A DNA stretch of 64,000 bases, from the IMG/VR virus record IMGVR_UViG_3300033069_001715. One strand, written 5' to 3'. The position numbers and the translations under genes are program-made. The notes under the pieces were generated by a model, which saw nothing but the letters and a program-made list of their open reading frames with translations, was not told where the DNA came from and did not search any database. Shown one piece after another: positions 18,654 to 28,150 of the stretch; position 1 is the stretch's first letter, and every line of letters begins with the position of its first letter. Origin of the DNA: an uncultured virus (IMG/VR IMGVR_UViG_3300033069_001715) (taxonomy: Duplodnaviria; Heunggongvirae; Uroviricota; Caudoviricetes).

Positions 18654-21206
18654 CTAATTCCCTCCGGGGATTGAATAGTTCTTTCTACGAACCAAACCAA
18701 AGGCACGTAAATCGGATTGTGGTGAATGGTGTGTCAGGCAAAGTTCAATGGCTGCAAACTTCATCACTACTTCCGGTAACGATTCATGCGTTGCAGCTGT
18801 TTTGAGTGTTTCGAAACTTTGCTCATTAGCGGCGGCAAGCAGTGATGCTCGGTTGATTTGTTTCAAATCTATAGACGCCACTTTCGCCGCGGCAAATTTT
18901 CTTGCAGAATTCTCAATTAAGTGTGCGAGCTTTTCGGCCTGAGCAACAGCATAGGGAAGCTTACCAGTGAGCCGAAGCCTCTGATAAAGGTCTGGAAGGA
19001 ACATCGCGTACTTCTGAGCCTGACCCTCGCTGATACCTGAGTGCTTGCACAATCGCTCAAAGCTGATGTAGCTACCGTTTCGAAGAGCTTGAGACAGCGC
19101 TGTCGCGGTAACTGTGTGATTGACCGAATCGAGATCCCTGGTATCGGCGTACGATGCGCTGGCAATCTTGCAGAACCCGAAGTCATAACCTGAGAAATCG
19201 CCACGCCTATGAGCAGCTTCCATTTCAGCCAGCTTATTTGCCAAACAGAATAGGCTTCGTGACAGTGGCGATTCCTCAATGTTAGGAATCTGATCAAACG
19301 CAAACTCGGCGACCTTGGAGTTACTCTTGAGATCACGATAGAAGTCGCCAACAGGAAGAAGAACTCCGTTGGCGATTGGGTCTGCTCCGGTCTTTACCTT
19401 GGAGATGTCGTAGAAGGTGTTGTGAGGATTGTCGACGTACTGAAGCTGTCCACTGGATGCCATCTTGAGCATTCCATTGAGACAACCAAACATGTTGCAA
19501 CTGCCGCCCTCTTTCTTGGACATGCAGCGATCTTTAGGCTTGGGAGCCTTGTGATTACAGGTACTACAGTTATGCACTGCAATACCCTCGATAACATAGC
19601 TCTCATCATCTGCAACCGAGATGTTGTAAACAACAGTAGAGTTGACTTCAACCTGTCGCTGCCTAACTGGATAAGCAATGTAATTCGCGCCGTCATGCGT
19701 ATACCGCAAAGCACGAGGAGCTGGACTACGAGTATCAAAACCTTTAGCCTTAACGCTCTCGGCAAGCTGCCACAGCTCACTACAGGCGATGTTTACCCAG
19801 AAAACCTCTCTAAGTTCGCCCTCACTATATGTAGACCTCGCCCACTCAGACCTAAATGGAGCCGGTAAGCCAGCAGACAGACACAACAAATGGAGTCCAT
19901 GCAGCAAACCTCGGTTTGTTCCGGTTATTCTCGCGCTGCCCTTCTTGCTATCTACACTGCCGTCTGTATCTAGCATTCCAGCAACAAACGCAAGCTTTTC
20001 CTCTTTAGACGCGGTAAACAAGTAGTCTGGTATTCGCTTTGAGTTGCCTGCTTCTCCGCAAAGCGATAAAACCTTACTGGCGAATTCTCGATCATATACG
20101 TTCAACGCTACGTAGTTCTTTGCCTGTTCGCTGTATCTCCTAGGTTGGTTTTTCGCAAACTTAGCAAGATATAGCTCTAGTCGCTCAACGACACTCAACA
20201 AACGACGGTCACAAGCGAATCCCAAACCCATCACTTTGTAATCGCCGTTCTTCTTTCTCCCACTTCGTTGACGAATACGAAATCCGTCGCCACAGAACGC
20301 ACCTAGCAAATACGCCCACTGCAGCCTCTCTGCGTTATCACATTCCGCTGTAGATTCGACTGGATACAGCAAATAATCCCCAACCTCCACCTCAACAGCC
20401 GGTATCCATAATGGCTCAGCGTTTCTCCAATACTTTCGCAAACGCCCACTCGCATCTCTAACGCTATCGGCGGTGAGAACCAGGTACGGGTGCTCCCGTG
20501 TTGATCGCACACCCGACAAAGACGCAGCAGAAAGCGTAACCATCTCGCCACAATATTTACGCCGCATCGTACAAGTGACTGGCTGCCACTGCGCTGTGTG
20601 TGTTAATACAATATCTCCCAGTCGCACGTCAGCAATCCTCCGATAACCTGCCGCGGTCAGTATTAAGCGGTCGGCCTCGAAACAGACGTCGAACGGAACA
20701 AGACTACCCATCGAAACTGGGAAGTATCCGTGCTTGAGAAGTTCTTGGATCTCCTCGTCAGCCTCTTTGGCGCCTTCACCGCCTAGAGCAGCAGCGACCT
20801 TGGCACTGCCGTAGTACTCAGTGATTAGCTCAACGATCCCGTCGGAATCGCGATACCTGGCTAGCTTGACACTTCCGTAGTGTGGACCTTTGGATTGGTG
20901 CTGACGATAGGCCTTTGCGTGCCGTTCGAATGTGCCAACGTCGTTTCTCAACGCCTTCTCACTGAAACCGTCGCCCCAACGATTGGGTCCGTACCTTTCA
21001 GAGCACCCCATCGCTAGCTTGTGGACGTAGAAGCAATCAGGGTGCAGAGACAACTTGGAAAAGAAGTGAGCTGTCTCAGGAGACATGAACTCCTCTGCCG
21101 CCTTGGCATCGGCTCTGCCTAGTCCAGTTGAAGCTACTTTTATCTGATGCTGGGAGCCGCTGACGCCCGACCAGCAATCAGGAGCGAAGATCTTTGTTTG
21201 TGTCAT
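18654..21206 (-). CDS. Prohead maturation protease with LAGLIDADG intein
   Basis: N-extein AYRQH...PVSMGSLVPFDV joins C-extein CSTCNH (SMG serine motif followed by CxxC); located in the head module. Confidence 0.7.
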   Translation of the reverse strand: MTQTKIFAPDCWSGVSGSQHQIKVASTGLGRADAKAAEEFMSPETAHFFSKLSLHPDCFYVHKLAMGCSERYGPNRWGDGFSEKALRNDVGTFERHAKAYRQHQSKGPHYGSVKLARYRDSDGIVELITEYYGSAKVAAALGGEGAKEADEEIQELLKHGYFPVSMGSLVPFDVCFEADRLILTAAGYRRIADVRLGDIVLTHTAQWQPVTCTMRRKYCGEMVTLSAASLSGVRSTREHPYLVLTADSVRDASGRLRKYWRNAEPLWIPAVEVEVGDYLLYPVESTAECDNAERLQWAYLLGAFCGDGFRIRQRSGRKKNGDYKVMGLGFACDRRLLSVVERLELYLAKFAKNQPRRYSEQAKNYVALNVYDREFASKVLSLCGEAGNSKRIPDYLFTASKEEKLAFVAGMLDTDGSVDSKKGSARITGTNRGLLHGLHLLCLSAGLPAPFRSEWARSTYSEGELREVFWVNIACSELWQLAESVKAKGFDTRSPAPRALRYTHDGANYIAYPVRQRQVEVNSTVVYNISVADDESYVIEGIAVHNCSTCNHKAPKPKDRCMSKKEGGSCNMFGCLNGMLKMASSGQLQYVDNPHNTFYDISKVKTGADPIANGVLLPVGDFYRDLKSNSKVAEFAFDQIPNIEESPLSRSLFCLANKLAEMEAAHRRGDFSGYDFGFCKIASASYADTRDLDSVNHTVTATALSQALRNGSYISFERLCKHSGISEGQAQKYAMFLPDLYQRLRLTGKLPYAVAQAEKLAHLIENSARKFAAAKVASIDLKQINRASLLAAANEQSFETLKTAATHESLPEVVMKFAAIELCLTHHSPQSDLRAFGLVRRKNYSIPGGN
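19091..19106. repeat. 16-bp near-palindrome, copy 3
   Basis: GAGACAGCGCTGTCGC exact, inside a CDS (encodes ATALS). Confidence 0.95.
19569..20684 (-). mobile_element. Intein with LAGLIDADG homing endonuclease (372 aa)
   Basis: CFEAD start, TREHPY, motifs YLLGAFCGDG and FVAGMLDTDG, end IAVHN followed by Cys. Confidence 0.92.
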
Positions 21207-23663
21207 TTACTCACCTCGCATCCAGTTAACTAGGGCTGGCCCTCCCCAAGTCAATCCAGCAGCAGCTAGACCGGGAAGCGATCGTCGAAACCCGCGACCC
21301 GCTGCAAAGCGTCGAGCACCAGTTCCAGCATGAATGTCCTTGGTTCTCTTGGTGATCAGATCGCCAATCTCAGAAAGAGTTTTGGTCTGTCCGCCGACGC
21401 TAGCCGTGCCGCCACCTCTTTGCGCTGCGGCGAACAACTTTTGAAGCTCTGCCATCTGTGGGTCGTGGGCCAGCTCTGTCTTGTTGACAAAGTTCTGCAG
21501 TAACGGGTTGTTACGAGTTCCGTAATGCACAGCCGCCCCTACACCTGTAGAAGCCAATGCTGGCGACTCATCGTAAAGTTCACCCACGAGCTTCCCGGCG
21601 TTTTGCACTGGTCCTGGTGTTTGACTTTGGACAGCCTTATCCAACTGTTTAACTCCGCCAGGCGTCTTGAGGATGTTGGCTTCTACTTCACTCAGATCTC
21701 GGTCAGGAACGCCGCCTGAAGATAGATTGCTGAGTTGACCCAGGCCACCACCAACAGCAGCACCACCAAGAGCTCCAGTCAACGCAGCGTTCAGATAACG
21801 ACGACGCTTCTTATCAGGGGATAACGCTTCGGCACCGAGCATGCCCAAACTTCCAGCTGCAGCACCGCCAGCGGCTCCCATCATGGCTCGGTTGGTTGGA
21901 TCAGCCCACTTGTCGCTAATCCACTTGAGCATGTCACCCGCAGCAGCCAGCTTTGGCATCGTTGGCGGTGCGGGCATTCCACCAACACCAGTTGGAGCTG
22001 CAGGTGTTTGCGTTCCGACAGGCGTTCCGTTTGGATTGAGCATCACTGGTCCTGGAGGAGCCTGAACAGGAGCCTTTGACTCCTTAGGTTCCTTCGGTGG
22101 AGGAGTCAGCTGCGATACTCGGTCTGTGTAGCCCTTGCCAAGTGGGCCGCTTAAGGAAGCAAATCCAGACTGCTTATCCATCAAGGAGTTGCGAAGTAGG
22201 TTTGCTAGATACACACCGCCCGCACCCGCAGCGAGACCTCCAAGACCTTTTCCAACGCGACCCTTCATCAAGCGACCAGTTCCACTGATCGCGTCGCTGA
22301 CTCTCCCACCGCCTCGGGCCTTCATCGCATTTCCGGATGCCTCAGTTAGCCTGCCAAGCAACGGAGCAGTCTTTACGCCCGCGCTTGCGCCTGCTCCTGC
22401 ACCTACAGCACCTCCCAAAACGGAAGTCGCCGGGCTTGCCAGAATCTTGTCTTTCGTTGACGGCACACTAGAAGTTGGCGGTGCGTTTGGATCAACAACA
22501 GCCGGGCCTGGATTGGTGAACTTGCCGACAATTCCACCACCAATACCGCCGATTCCAGCTCCCAGCATCGCCGATCGAAGCACCGATCGCTCTTCCGGAT
22601 CATCCATCAAAAGCGACTTAGCTGCGCCGCCAACAGCACCTAGGCCTGAACCGATCAGGGCTGAGGCATATGGACGAGTCGAAGGATCAGCCAGTGTTGC
22701 TTTGATGTTGTCGAGAATGCCTGCAGCTTTGGCCTGAACAGCTCGCTGATTCATAACGATCCGAATAGCATCCGCTCCGGCTTTCTGAACAGTTGCTCGA
22801 ACGGCGAGTTTCTTGGATAACTGCGAAGCCTGTTTGGGCGTAAGTGAAGCTAGTTGATCTGCAACGCTGTCCAGTGAAGATGTTTTTGGATGCAGCATTT
22901 GACGAATCGCTTCACGAGCCTTGTCGTAGGTGCTCATTATTCCACTTTCAATTGCCGGATCTGAATTGGCGAGCTGCTTAACACCGTAACCTGCACCTGC
23001 ACCTAGTCCAGCTCCCAGCAGTGCCCCACGAGCGTAGTCGCGTTCTTCCTTAGGCTTGACGACCTGTTTGAGCATTCCAGCTCCCGCGCCAACACCAGCA
23101 CCGAGCATGGCAGAACCGGCGGATGTTGCAGCCAAGTTCTTGATTAGGTCGTTGACTGAAGCGGTCTTAGATGTCACAGGCTCACCCCGTCGGATTTGTT
23201 GTTTGGCAAGCATAATTGCCCATTTGACTTTCGAAGATACTACGCGAGCGAGCTCGACGCGAAGAATGGAATTGTTGTTTTCGAGGTCCTTTGGCTTCCA
23301 CCAAGCGACAGTTTCAACTTCATCGCCGTCTGGATTGCGTACCCGTCGATCCAGCGGTCGGTTTAGCTTAATCTCCGCTTCAGTTGGCACTGAGCCAACA
23401 AAGCCCTGATAAACTCCAGACCGCCAGTCAGTGTGTACAGCAACGGAGGATGGCAGTCGCTGACCAACTTCCTCCTCCCACTCTCGCCTTGCAGCCACTA
23501 GCGGCGTTTCTCCGGCTTCCAAGCGACCGCCCGGCGCCTCCCAACGGCCAGCCGCCGGATCATTCGGGTCGTTGATAGACCGCTGAAGTAACAAGACACG
23601 TCCAGTGTCTTTGGCCATTAACAGCAGGCCCGCGGCGATTACGTTATTTTTAGACACTTGCAC
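21207..23663 (-). CDS. NUDIX hydrolase fused to repeated glycine-zipper modules (internal virion polyprotein?)
   Basis: Nudix box GGRLEAGETPLVAARREWEEEVG; three GxxxG hairpin modules; no Cys. Confidence 0.75.
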   Translation of the reverse strand: MQVSKNNVIAAGLLLMAKDTGRVLLLQRSINDPNDPAAGRWEAPGGRLEAGETPLVAARREWEEEVGQRLPSSVAVHTDWRSGVYQGFVGSVPTEAEIKLNRPLDRRVRNPDGDEVETVAWWKPKDLENNNSILRVELARVVSSKVKWAIMLAKQQIRRGEPVTSKTASVNDLIKNLAATSAGSAMLGAGVGAGAGMLKQVVKPKEERDYARGALLGAGLGAGAGYGVKQLANSDPAIESGIMSTYDKAREAIRQMLHPKTSSLDSVADQLASLTPKQASQLSKKLAVRATVQKAGADAIRIVMNQRAVQAKAAGILDNIKATLADPSTRPYASALIGSGLGAVGGAAKSLLMDDPEERSVLRSAMLGAGIGGIGGGIVGKFTNPGPAVVDPNAPPTSSVPSTKDKILASPATSVLGGAVGAGAGASAGVKTAPLLGRLTEASGNAMKARGGGRVSDAISGTGRLMKGRVGKGLGGLAAGAGGVYLANLLRNSLMDKQSGFASLSGPLGKGYTDRVSQLTPPPKEPKESKAPVQAPPGPVMLNPNGTPVGTQTPAAPTGVGGMPAPPTMPKLAAAGDMLKWISDKWADPTNRAMMGAAGGAAAGSLGMLGAEALSPDKKRRRYLNAALTGALGGAAVGGGLGQLSNLSSGGVPDRDLSEVEANILKTPGGVKQLDKAVQSQTPGPVQNAGKLVGELYDESPALASTGVGAAVHYGTRNNPLLQNFVNKTELAHDPQMAELQKLFAAAQRGGGTASVGGQTKTLSEIGDLITKRTKDIHAGTGARRFAAGRGFRRSLPGLAAAGLTWGGPALVNWMRGE

Positions 23664-23699
23664 ATACCTTATTTGGACGGCACGATACTCTGGTTCTAC

Positions 23700-23863
23700 T
23701 GCTCACTGGCGTTGCAATCGCCTCTTCAACAGGCCAGCCAGCCTGCAGCTTTACATAACCAAACAGTAAAGCCCTGGCCACTAGGGTACTTCGCCCGTCG
23801 AAAGCTGACTGGCGTTAGCTTTCCGAATTTTTTGTTACTTAAATCAACAATCGACTTTGACAT
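23700..23863 (-). pseudogene. Internally deleted homing endonuclease remnant
   Basis: MSKSIVDLSNKKFGKLTP...WLCK joined out of frame to LQAGWPVEEAIATP, the typical N- and C-termini of phage HNH-type endonucleases. Confidence 0.7.
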
Positions 23864-23979
23864 TCAAACACCTACGAGCTTGCCTAATCAACACAGGACG
23901 AAGATACCATCACTGCTCATCGCGTAGACAATAGCAGCACCTGGCCCATGACAATCTGTGAGCCGTACATGGAGTTGAC

Positions 23980-25704
23980 CTACGACTTAAAACAAGCGTC
24001 GAGAAATAGCTTCATCCGTGTTGCCAGTTCAGAAACCTTGCCCCGTAAAGGACTCGCCGATGTCTTATTCACAAGTTCACCCCGCCTATCGAATTTTTGC
24101 TTAAACAAAACACCACCATCTCGCAATAACAGGGTATTGAGCAATTTACGTTTGAGCATTTCTCTGGCATGCTCCAGTTTCGTTGGGATGTGATCAGTGC
24201 CTTCCCAAAGCGGGTCCCACGATGATTTCCAACCGTTCGAAGTTCTAGCTTTGTACTCTGATTGGATCTGATTCATCGCGGACGGCTGACGAACAAACTC
24301 CTTGGCATATTTCTTGAGCTGCGTCTCTTCATCGGGCGTTAATGCGAAATCCCACAAATCCTCAATGCTCAAATTACCTTCTGAATCACGGCGATAACCA
24401 TGCCGTGATAGATAGTCACCCATCGCTGGATACTCGCCCTCTCTATCGGGATTGCGGTAAACGCTACGAATCCTGCTCTTGAACTTGCTGGCTGTCGAAT
24501 CTTTATCAAGTGAATCAGCTTGGAACCTCGCAGGATTAAGCTCAATGGTCCTGAAGTTACCAGGCACTCCGCCACTAGTTTCAGTGGGTGCCCAATCTTG
24601 TCGCCCAACCTCACGAAAGAAAGCGTTCGATGGATCGGCTATCGGCAAATCCATCGAACGGCGAAACAATTCATATCTAGCAGCAGCGGCATCCGGCTTT
24701 AGTGAGAACTGGCCCTCTCGACCAGCCATTGGGCCGATATTCAAGACGGATTCACTGGGCCGGTCCATTACCAGCGTATCCCAGACCTGCTTAACACTCT
24801 TAGGTCGAAGGGCTGCGCCGTGATCGCTGTTTCCGTAACCAGCCGCAGGTAGGTTGTTCACCACGTAACGGCGAAACCGATCTCCGACTATGTTTCCGCC
24901 CACCGCACCAGCTGCAGCACCTACTAACATGTTCCGCAGATAATGCTTCTTTGACTTTTCTTTGGTTGAATCAGTGTCGCCAGAAGTTAACGCCGTACCT
25001 AAACCAGCAAGCCCGGCACCCCCTAGTGCGCCGGCGACGCTGTCAAACAGTCTGATGTTTGGTAGATGATGCTTCACCGAAGCAAAGAAGCTGGGTATTT
25101 CTTGACTAGCTTGTTTGATTCCCAACTGATTCATTATCTCGTCCACTGTCTGCTTGTGGTTGCGCATGATCACCGTGCCGGGCACTCGCGAAGCTCGATT
25201 CATCGTGGATCGATAACCGTCATAAATCTCCCGACCGGCGTCAAATCGCTTTTTCTCTATTTCATCGTCCCAGGGCTTCCCTTTGGCCAAGGCCTTTGAC
25301 TTTACTCTAGCGATTCGCTGCTCCAGAAGTTTAGCCAACGGCGTCTTCACCAGCACTCTGTTGGGATACTGCTGCAGCTCCTTCGATGGCAGCTGGGCTA
25401 TCTGCGAACCTTCTACAATGCTTGGCGACTGAAGCGAACTGAGGATTTCGCGAGCAATTCGCTGTCGCTCTTTGAAAAAGTGCAGTCGCTCTTGAGAACC
25501 AGTGACTAAGTGCAAATTGTTGGGATCGTTCTTGAATAACGCCCTGTTATCGGGGTGATCGTCTATCGAAACAACTGGTAAGCCCAATCGTTTTGCGAGT
25601 TCACCGGCGGTGTGGCTCTTTCCAGCTCCACTGTGACCGGTGACGAGAATTAGATCGCGAGGGTCAACCGCAGTCGGCCTATAAGTCACTGGTTCGCTCG
25701 TCAT
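23980..25704 (-). CDS. P-loop kinase-like domain + glycine zipper + unknown domain
   Basis: LILVTGHSGAGKS Walker A, VSIDD, IVEG (NMP/shikimate-kinase-like); KQAS linker then a Gly-zipper module. Confidence 0.7.
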   Translation of the reverse strand: MTSEPVTYRPTAVDPRDLILVTGHSGAGKSHTAGELAKRLGLPVVSIDDHPDNRALFKNDPNNLHLVTGSQERLHFFKERQRIAREILSSLQSPSIVEGSQIAQLPSKELQQYPNRVLVKTPLAKLLEQRIARVKSKALAKGKPWDDEIEKKRFDAGREIYDGYRSTMNRASRVPGTVIMRNHKQTVDEIMNQLGIKQASQEIPSFFASVKHHLPNIRLFDSVAGALGGAGLAGLGTALTSGDTDSTKEKSKKHYLRNMLVGAAAGAVGGNIVGDRFRRYVVNNLPAAGYGNSDHGAALRPKSVKQVWDTLVMDRPSESVLNIGPMAGREGQFSLKPDAAAARYELFRRSMDLPIADPSNAFFREVGRQDWAPTETSGGVPGNFRTIELNPARFQADSLDKDSTASKFKSRIRSVYRNPDREGEYPAMGDYLSRHGYRRDSEGNLSIEDLWDFALTPDEETQLKKYAKEFVRQPSAMNQIQSEYKARTSNGWKSSWDPLWEGTDHIPTKLEHAREMLKRKLLNTLLLRDGGVLFKQKFDRRGELVNKTSASPLRGKVSELATRMKLFLDACFKS

Positions 25705-25727
25705 TGCGTGCTCTACTCTAACCGCTG

Positions 25728-26747
25728 CTACTCAGCCGTCTTCTTGAGAAACGGCGAAACGCCCCGGCTGCCCAAATCGGCCCTCGCGTAAAAATCCTTA
25801 CTCAACACGCGCAGTCGCAACGCTTCTGCCTGTGCCTTTCGCAACCTATCCCTAAAATCAAGTAACAACGTTTTTTGAGCATCCCTACCAGATCGGGCAG
25901 CATCACTACGGAGCGTTGCGTCTTGAAACAGTTGTGACGCTGTCGCGTGTTGTTTCATCCCGTCGTTTAACTGGTCACCTAATAGATCTAATCTATTTGA
26001 AGTAGAATTCACATCTCGCAGGCTACCAATAGCAGCTCCACCTAAACCGCCCGCTGCAGCGCCAGTTAAGATATCATGCAGCCAACGACGTTTCTTTTTA
26101 TCAGACAATGCTGCATGCGACGCGCCGCCAACAGCACCTACTCCGGCACCGAGCAACGCCCCCACCCCAGTACCACCCATATCATTGGCCATTGCCCCAA
26201 ATACGCCACTAATTTTAGGAGTGTGCCTGGCGATATCCGGGATGTCCTCTGTCTTAATGTCCCAATCTTTAATCCGGTCGTTATAGAACTTGATTTGCCT
26301 TTTATACTTCTCAATGCTATCCAAAATCTTAGGAAGTGCATACTCACGCGATTCTTCAGAAAGTTTGCCCGCATAGAAAGCGTCGGCCTGTGAAAACAGG
26401 TCTCGATCAATCAGCAAGTTCTTAGTTTCAGCAGCTAACCTCTTTGTCTCAGTCTGGGCACGATTCAAAAGCTGGCTAAAGTGCTGACCCTTCTGGTTCA
26501 TCCCTCGCATCCCCAGCGCCGAGCCGCTCAACATGCCAACACCGCCGCCCAGACCAGCTCCAATCAAACCCGAACGAAGATAGTGCCGCTTCTCACCCTT
26601 GTCACGGAATAGCTCTCTAGCAATGCCGGCAAGGGCGCCTAAACCAGCACCGTAAGCCCCACCTACATAAGGCAGCTGAGTTTCGGAGTGCGACGCTTCC
26701 TTAACATTAAAACAAGCACGAAGAAATAGTGTCAATTGTTGTCGCAT
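25728..26747 (-). CDS. Glycine-zipper/coiled-coil virion protein (internal duplication)
   Basis: Two Gly-zipper hairpins, each followed by a coiled coil. Confidence 0.65.
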   Translation of the reverse strand: MRQQLTLFLRACFNVKEASHSETQLPYVGGAYGAGLGALAGIARELFRDKGEKRHYLRSGLIGAGLGGGVGMLSGSALGMRGMNQKGQHFSQLLNRAQTETKRLAAETKNLLIDRDLFSQADAFYAGKLSEESREYALPKILDSIEKYKRQIKFYNDRIKDWDIKTEDIPDIARHTPKISGVFGAMANDMGGTGVGALLGAGVGAVGGASHAALSDKKKRRWLHDILTGAAAGGLGGAAIGSLRDVNSTSNRLDLLGDQLNDGMKQHATASQLFQDATLRSDAARSGRDAQKTLLLDFRDRLRKAQAEALRLRVLSKDFYARADLGSRGVSPFLKKTAE

Positions 26748-26749
26748 TT

Positions 26750-28087
26750 TTAAGCCTCACTTCTTTCTGGTTTGGAATCCCGCTCAAGCTTGCGAATGGC
26801 TGCTAGGTCCATCGCCGAAGCGTTGTTCTGAAGATACTGACGAAGCACGCTTCGCATGGTTGCTGGATTCTCCAGTGCCCGAGGAGCATAGTTCGCTACC
26901 TCGTTGTAGGCTCCAAGAACCTCATGTTCTGGCGTTGTGGAGATGACGGGATCGTCGACCATCAACTGCTGAAGGGCGGTTCGACTGCGAATCGCTGATA
27001 GGTTAGCTTCGTGCTGCGGAGCGCCCAGCTGAACCATAAATCGGTCCTCGTCACTGCTACCGGGTGCCTTCTTGTCTTCGGCTGGTTTGGAGAGATTGGC
27101 CAGTTGTGAGGTCAGGAACATCGAGGTGACATTAGCGACCTTCTCGACATGCTCAGCCTGCTGATCAGCTAAACTTTGTGAGCCAACAACCAAAGCTGCG
27201 TTCTTGATTCCACCGTCAACCAAGCATGTCTTGATGATGTAAGCCAGCTCCCTGCATCTGGCACTTTCGGCTCCAAGTCCGGGAAGCTGCTCATAGAGCT
27301 CTTTGGCAGCTGCTGCACTCTTGGCGAACAGTTCAACCGCGTGATGCGACTCTTGAGACAGCGCTGTCGGAAGCTGCTCTACCTGGCCAAACGAAGCCTG
27401 CTTGTGGGTAGGTAGGAATTGTGTTGCCCAGCCAACAGCCTCTTGTGCTGCGTCAGAAAGCTGCGGATGCTGTGAAGCGACAAAACGGAACTGCTGCAAG
27501 AACGACTCACCCATCGAAGCTGTCTTCTTGCGAAGTTCCTCAGAAGCACAACCGCGGGCGATCTGATAGTTCATGACCAGGCTCGCGACCTTTCGCTGGG
27601 CTACCTGATACCTCTGATCGATGTGCTCGAGTTCTCGATGAGCCGCTTTGAGGCCTAGCCCGTGATAAAGACCATGTGAAGGATCTTTTATTGGAGCGAC
27701 AGGAGCGGCGGCGACCTTCTTGGCAACCGGGATAGCGGCTGTCGGAGTACTAAGCAGCTTTTCAACCATCGGCATCGAAGCAACCTTAGCGGCTGACGCT
27801 GCGGCGCTGCGGCCTTCCTGAAGCTCGGCCAGGTCCTGTTTGACCAAAGCCGGATCAACAACATTAACGCTCGAAAGCTTGGTAACCAGATCATCGGCTC
27901 CAACTCGCTCTCCAATGGAAGCTGTTCGGTTGAATAACTGACAAAGGCGATCGATTTGATCGGGCAAGAGCGACTGAGCAGCAGCGACCTTGACAATAGC
28001 CGTACGCGGGAGAGTCCCGCTTTCGGTGAGGCTCAATACCTCATTGACCGCTCGAGCAAGAAAATTTGTAGACATTTGCGCCGGCAC
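26750..28087 (-). CDS. Helical head/core protein
   Basis: 445 aa, Ala-rich, ~10 K-x-A motifs. Confidence 0.6.
   Translation of the reverse strand: MPAQMSTNFLARAVNEVLSLTESGTLPRTAIVKVAAAQSLLPDQIDRLCQLFNRTASIGERVGADDLVTKLSSVNVVDPALVKQDLAELQEGRSAAASAAKVASMPMVEKLLSTPTAAIPVAKKVAAAPVAPIKDPSHGLYHGLGLKAAHRELEHIDQRYQVAQRKVASLVMNYQIARGCASEELRKKTASMGESFLQQFRFVASQHPQLSDAAQEAVGWATQFLPTHKQASFGQVEQLPTALSQESHHAVELFAKSAAAAKELYEQLPGLGAESARCRELAYIIKTCLVDGGIKNAALVVGSQSLADQQAEHVEKVANVTSMFLTSQLANLSKPAEDKKAPGSSDEDRFMVQLGAPQHEANLSAIRSRTALQQLMVDDPVISTTPEHEVLGAYNEVANYAPRALENPATMRSVLRQYLQNNASAMDLAAIRKLERDSKPERSEA
27355..27370. repeat. 16-bp near-palindrome, copy 4 (1 flank mismatch)
   Basis: GAGACAGCGCTGTCGG. Confidence 0.9.
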
Positions 28088-28150
28088 CTGAACAACGTTG
28101 TAGGAAATTCACGTCGTTCAAAATACCGGTAGGCACAAGCGGGCAAGAAA

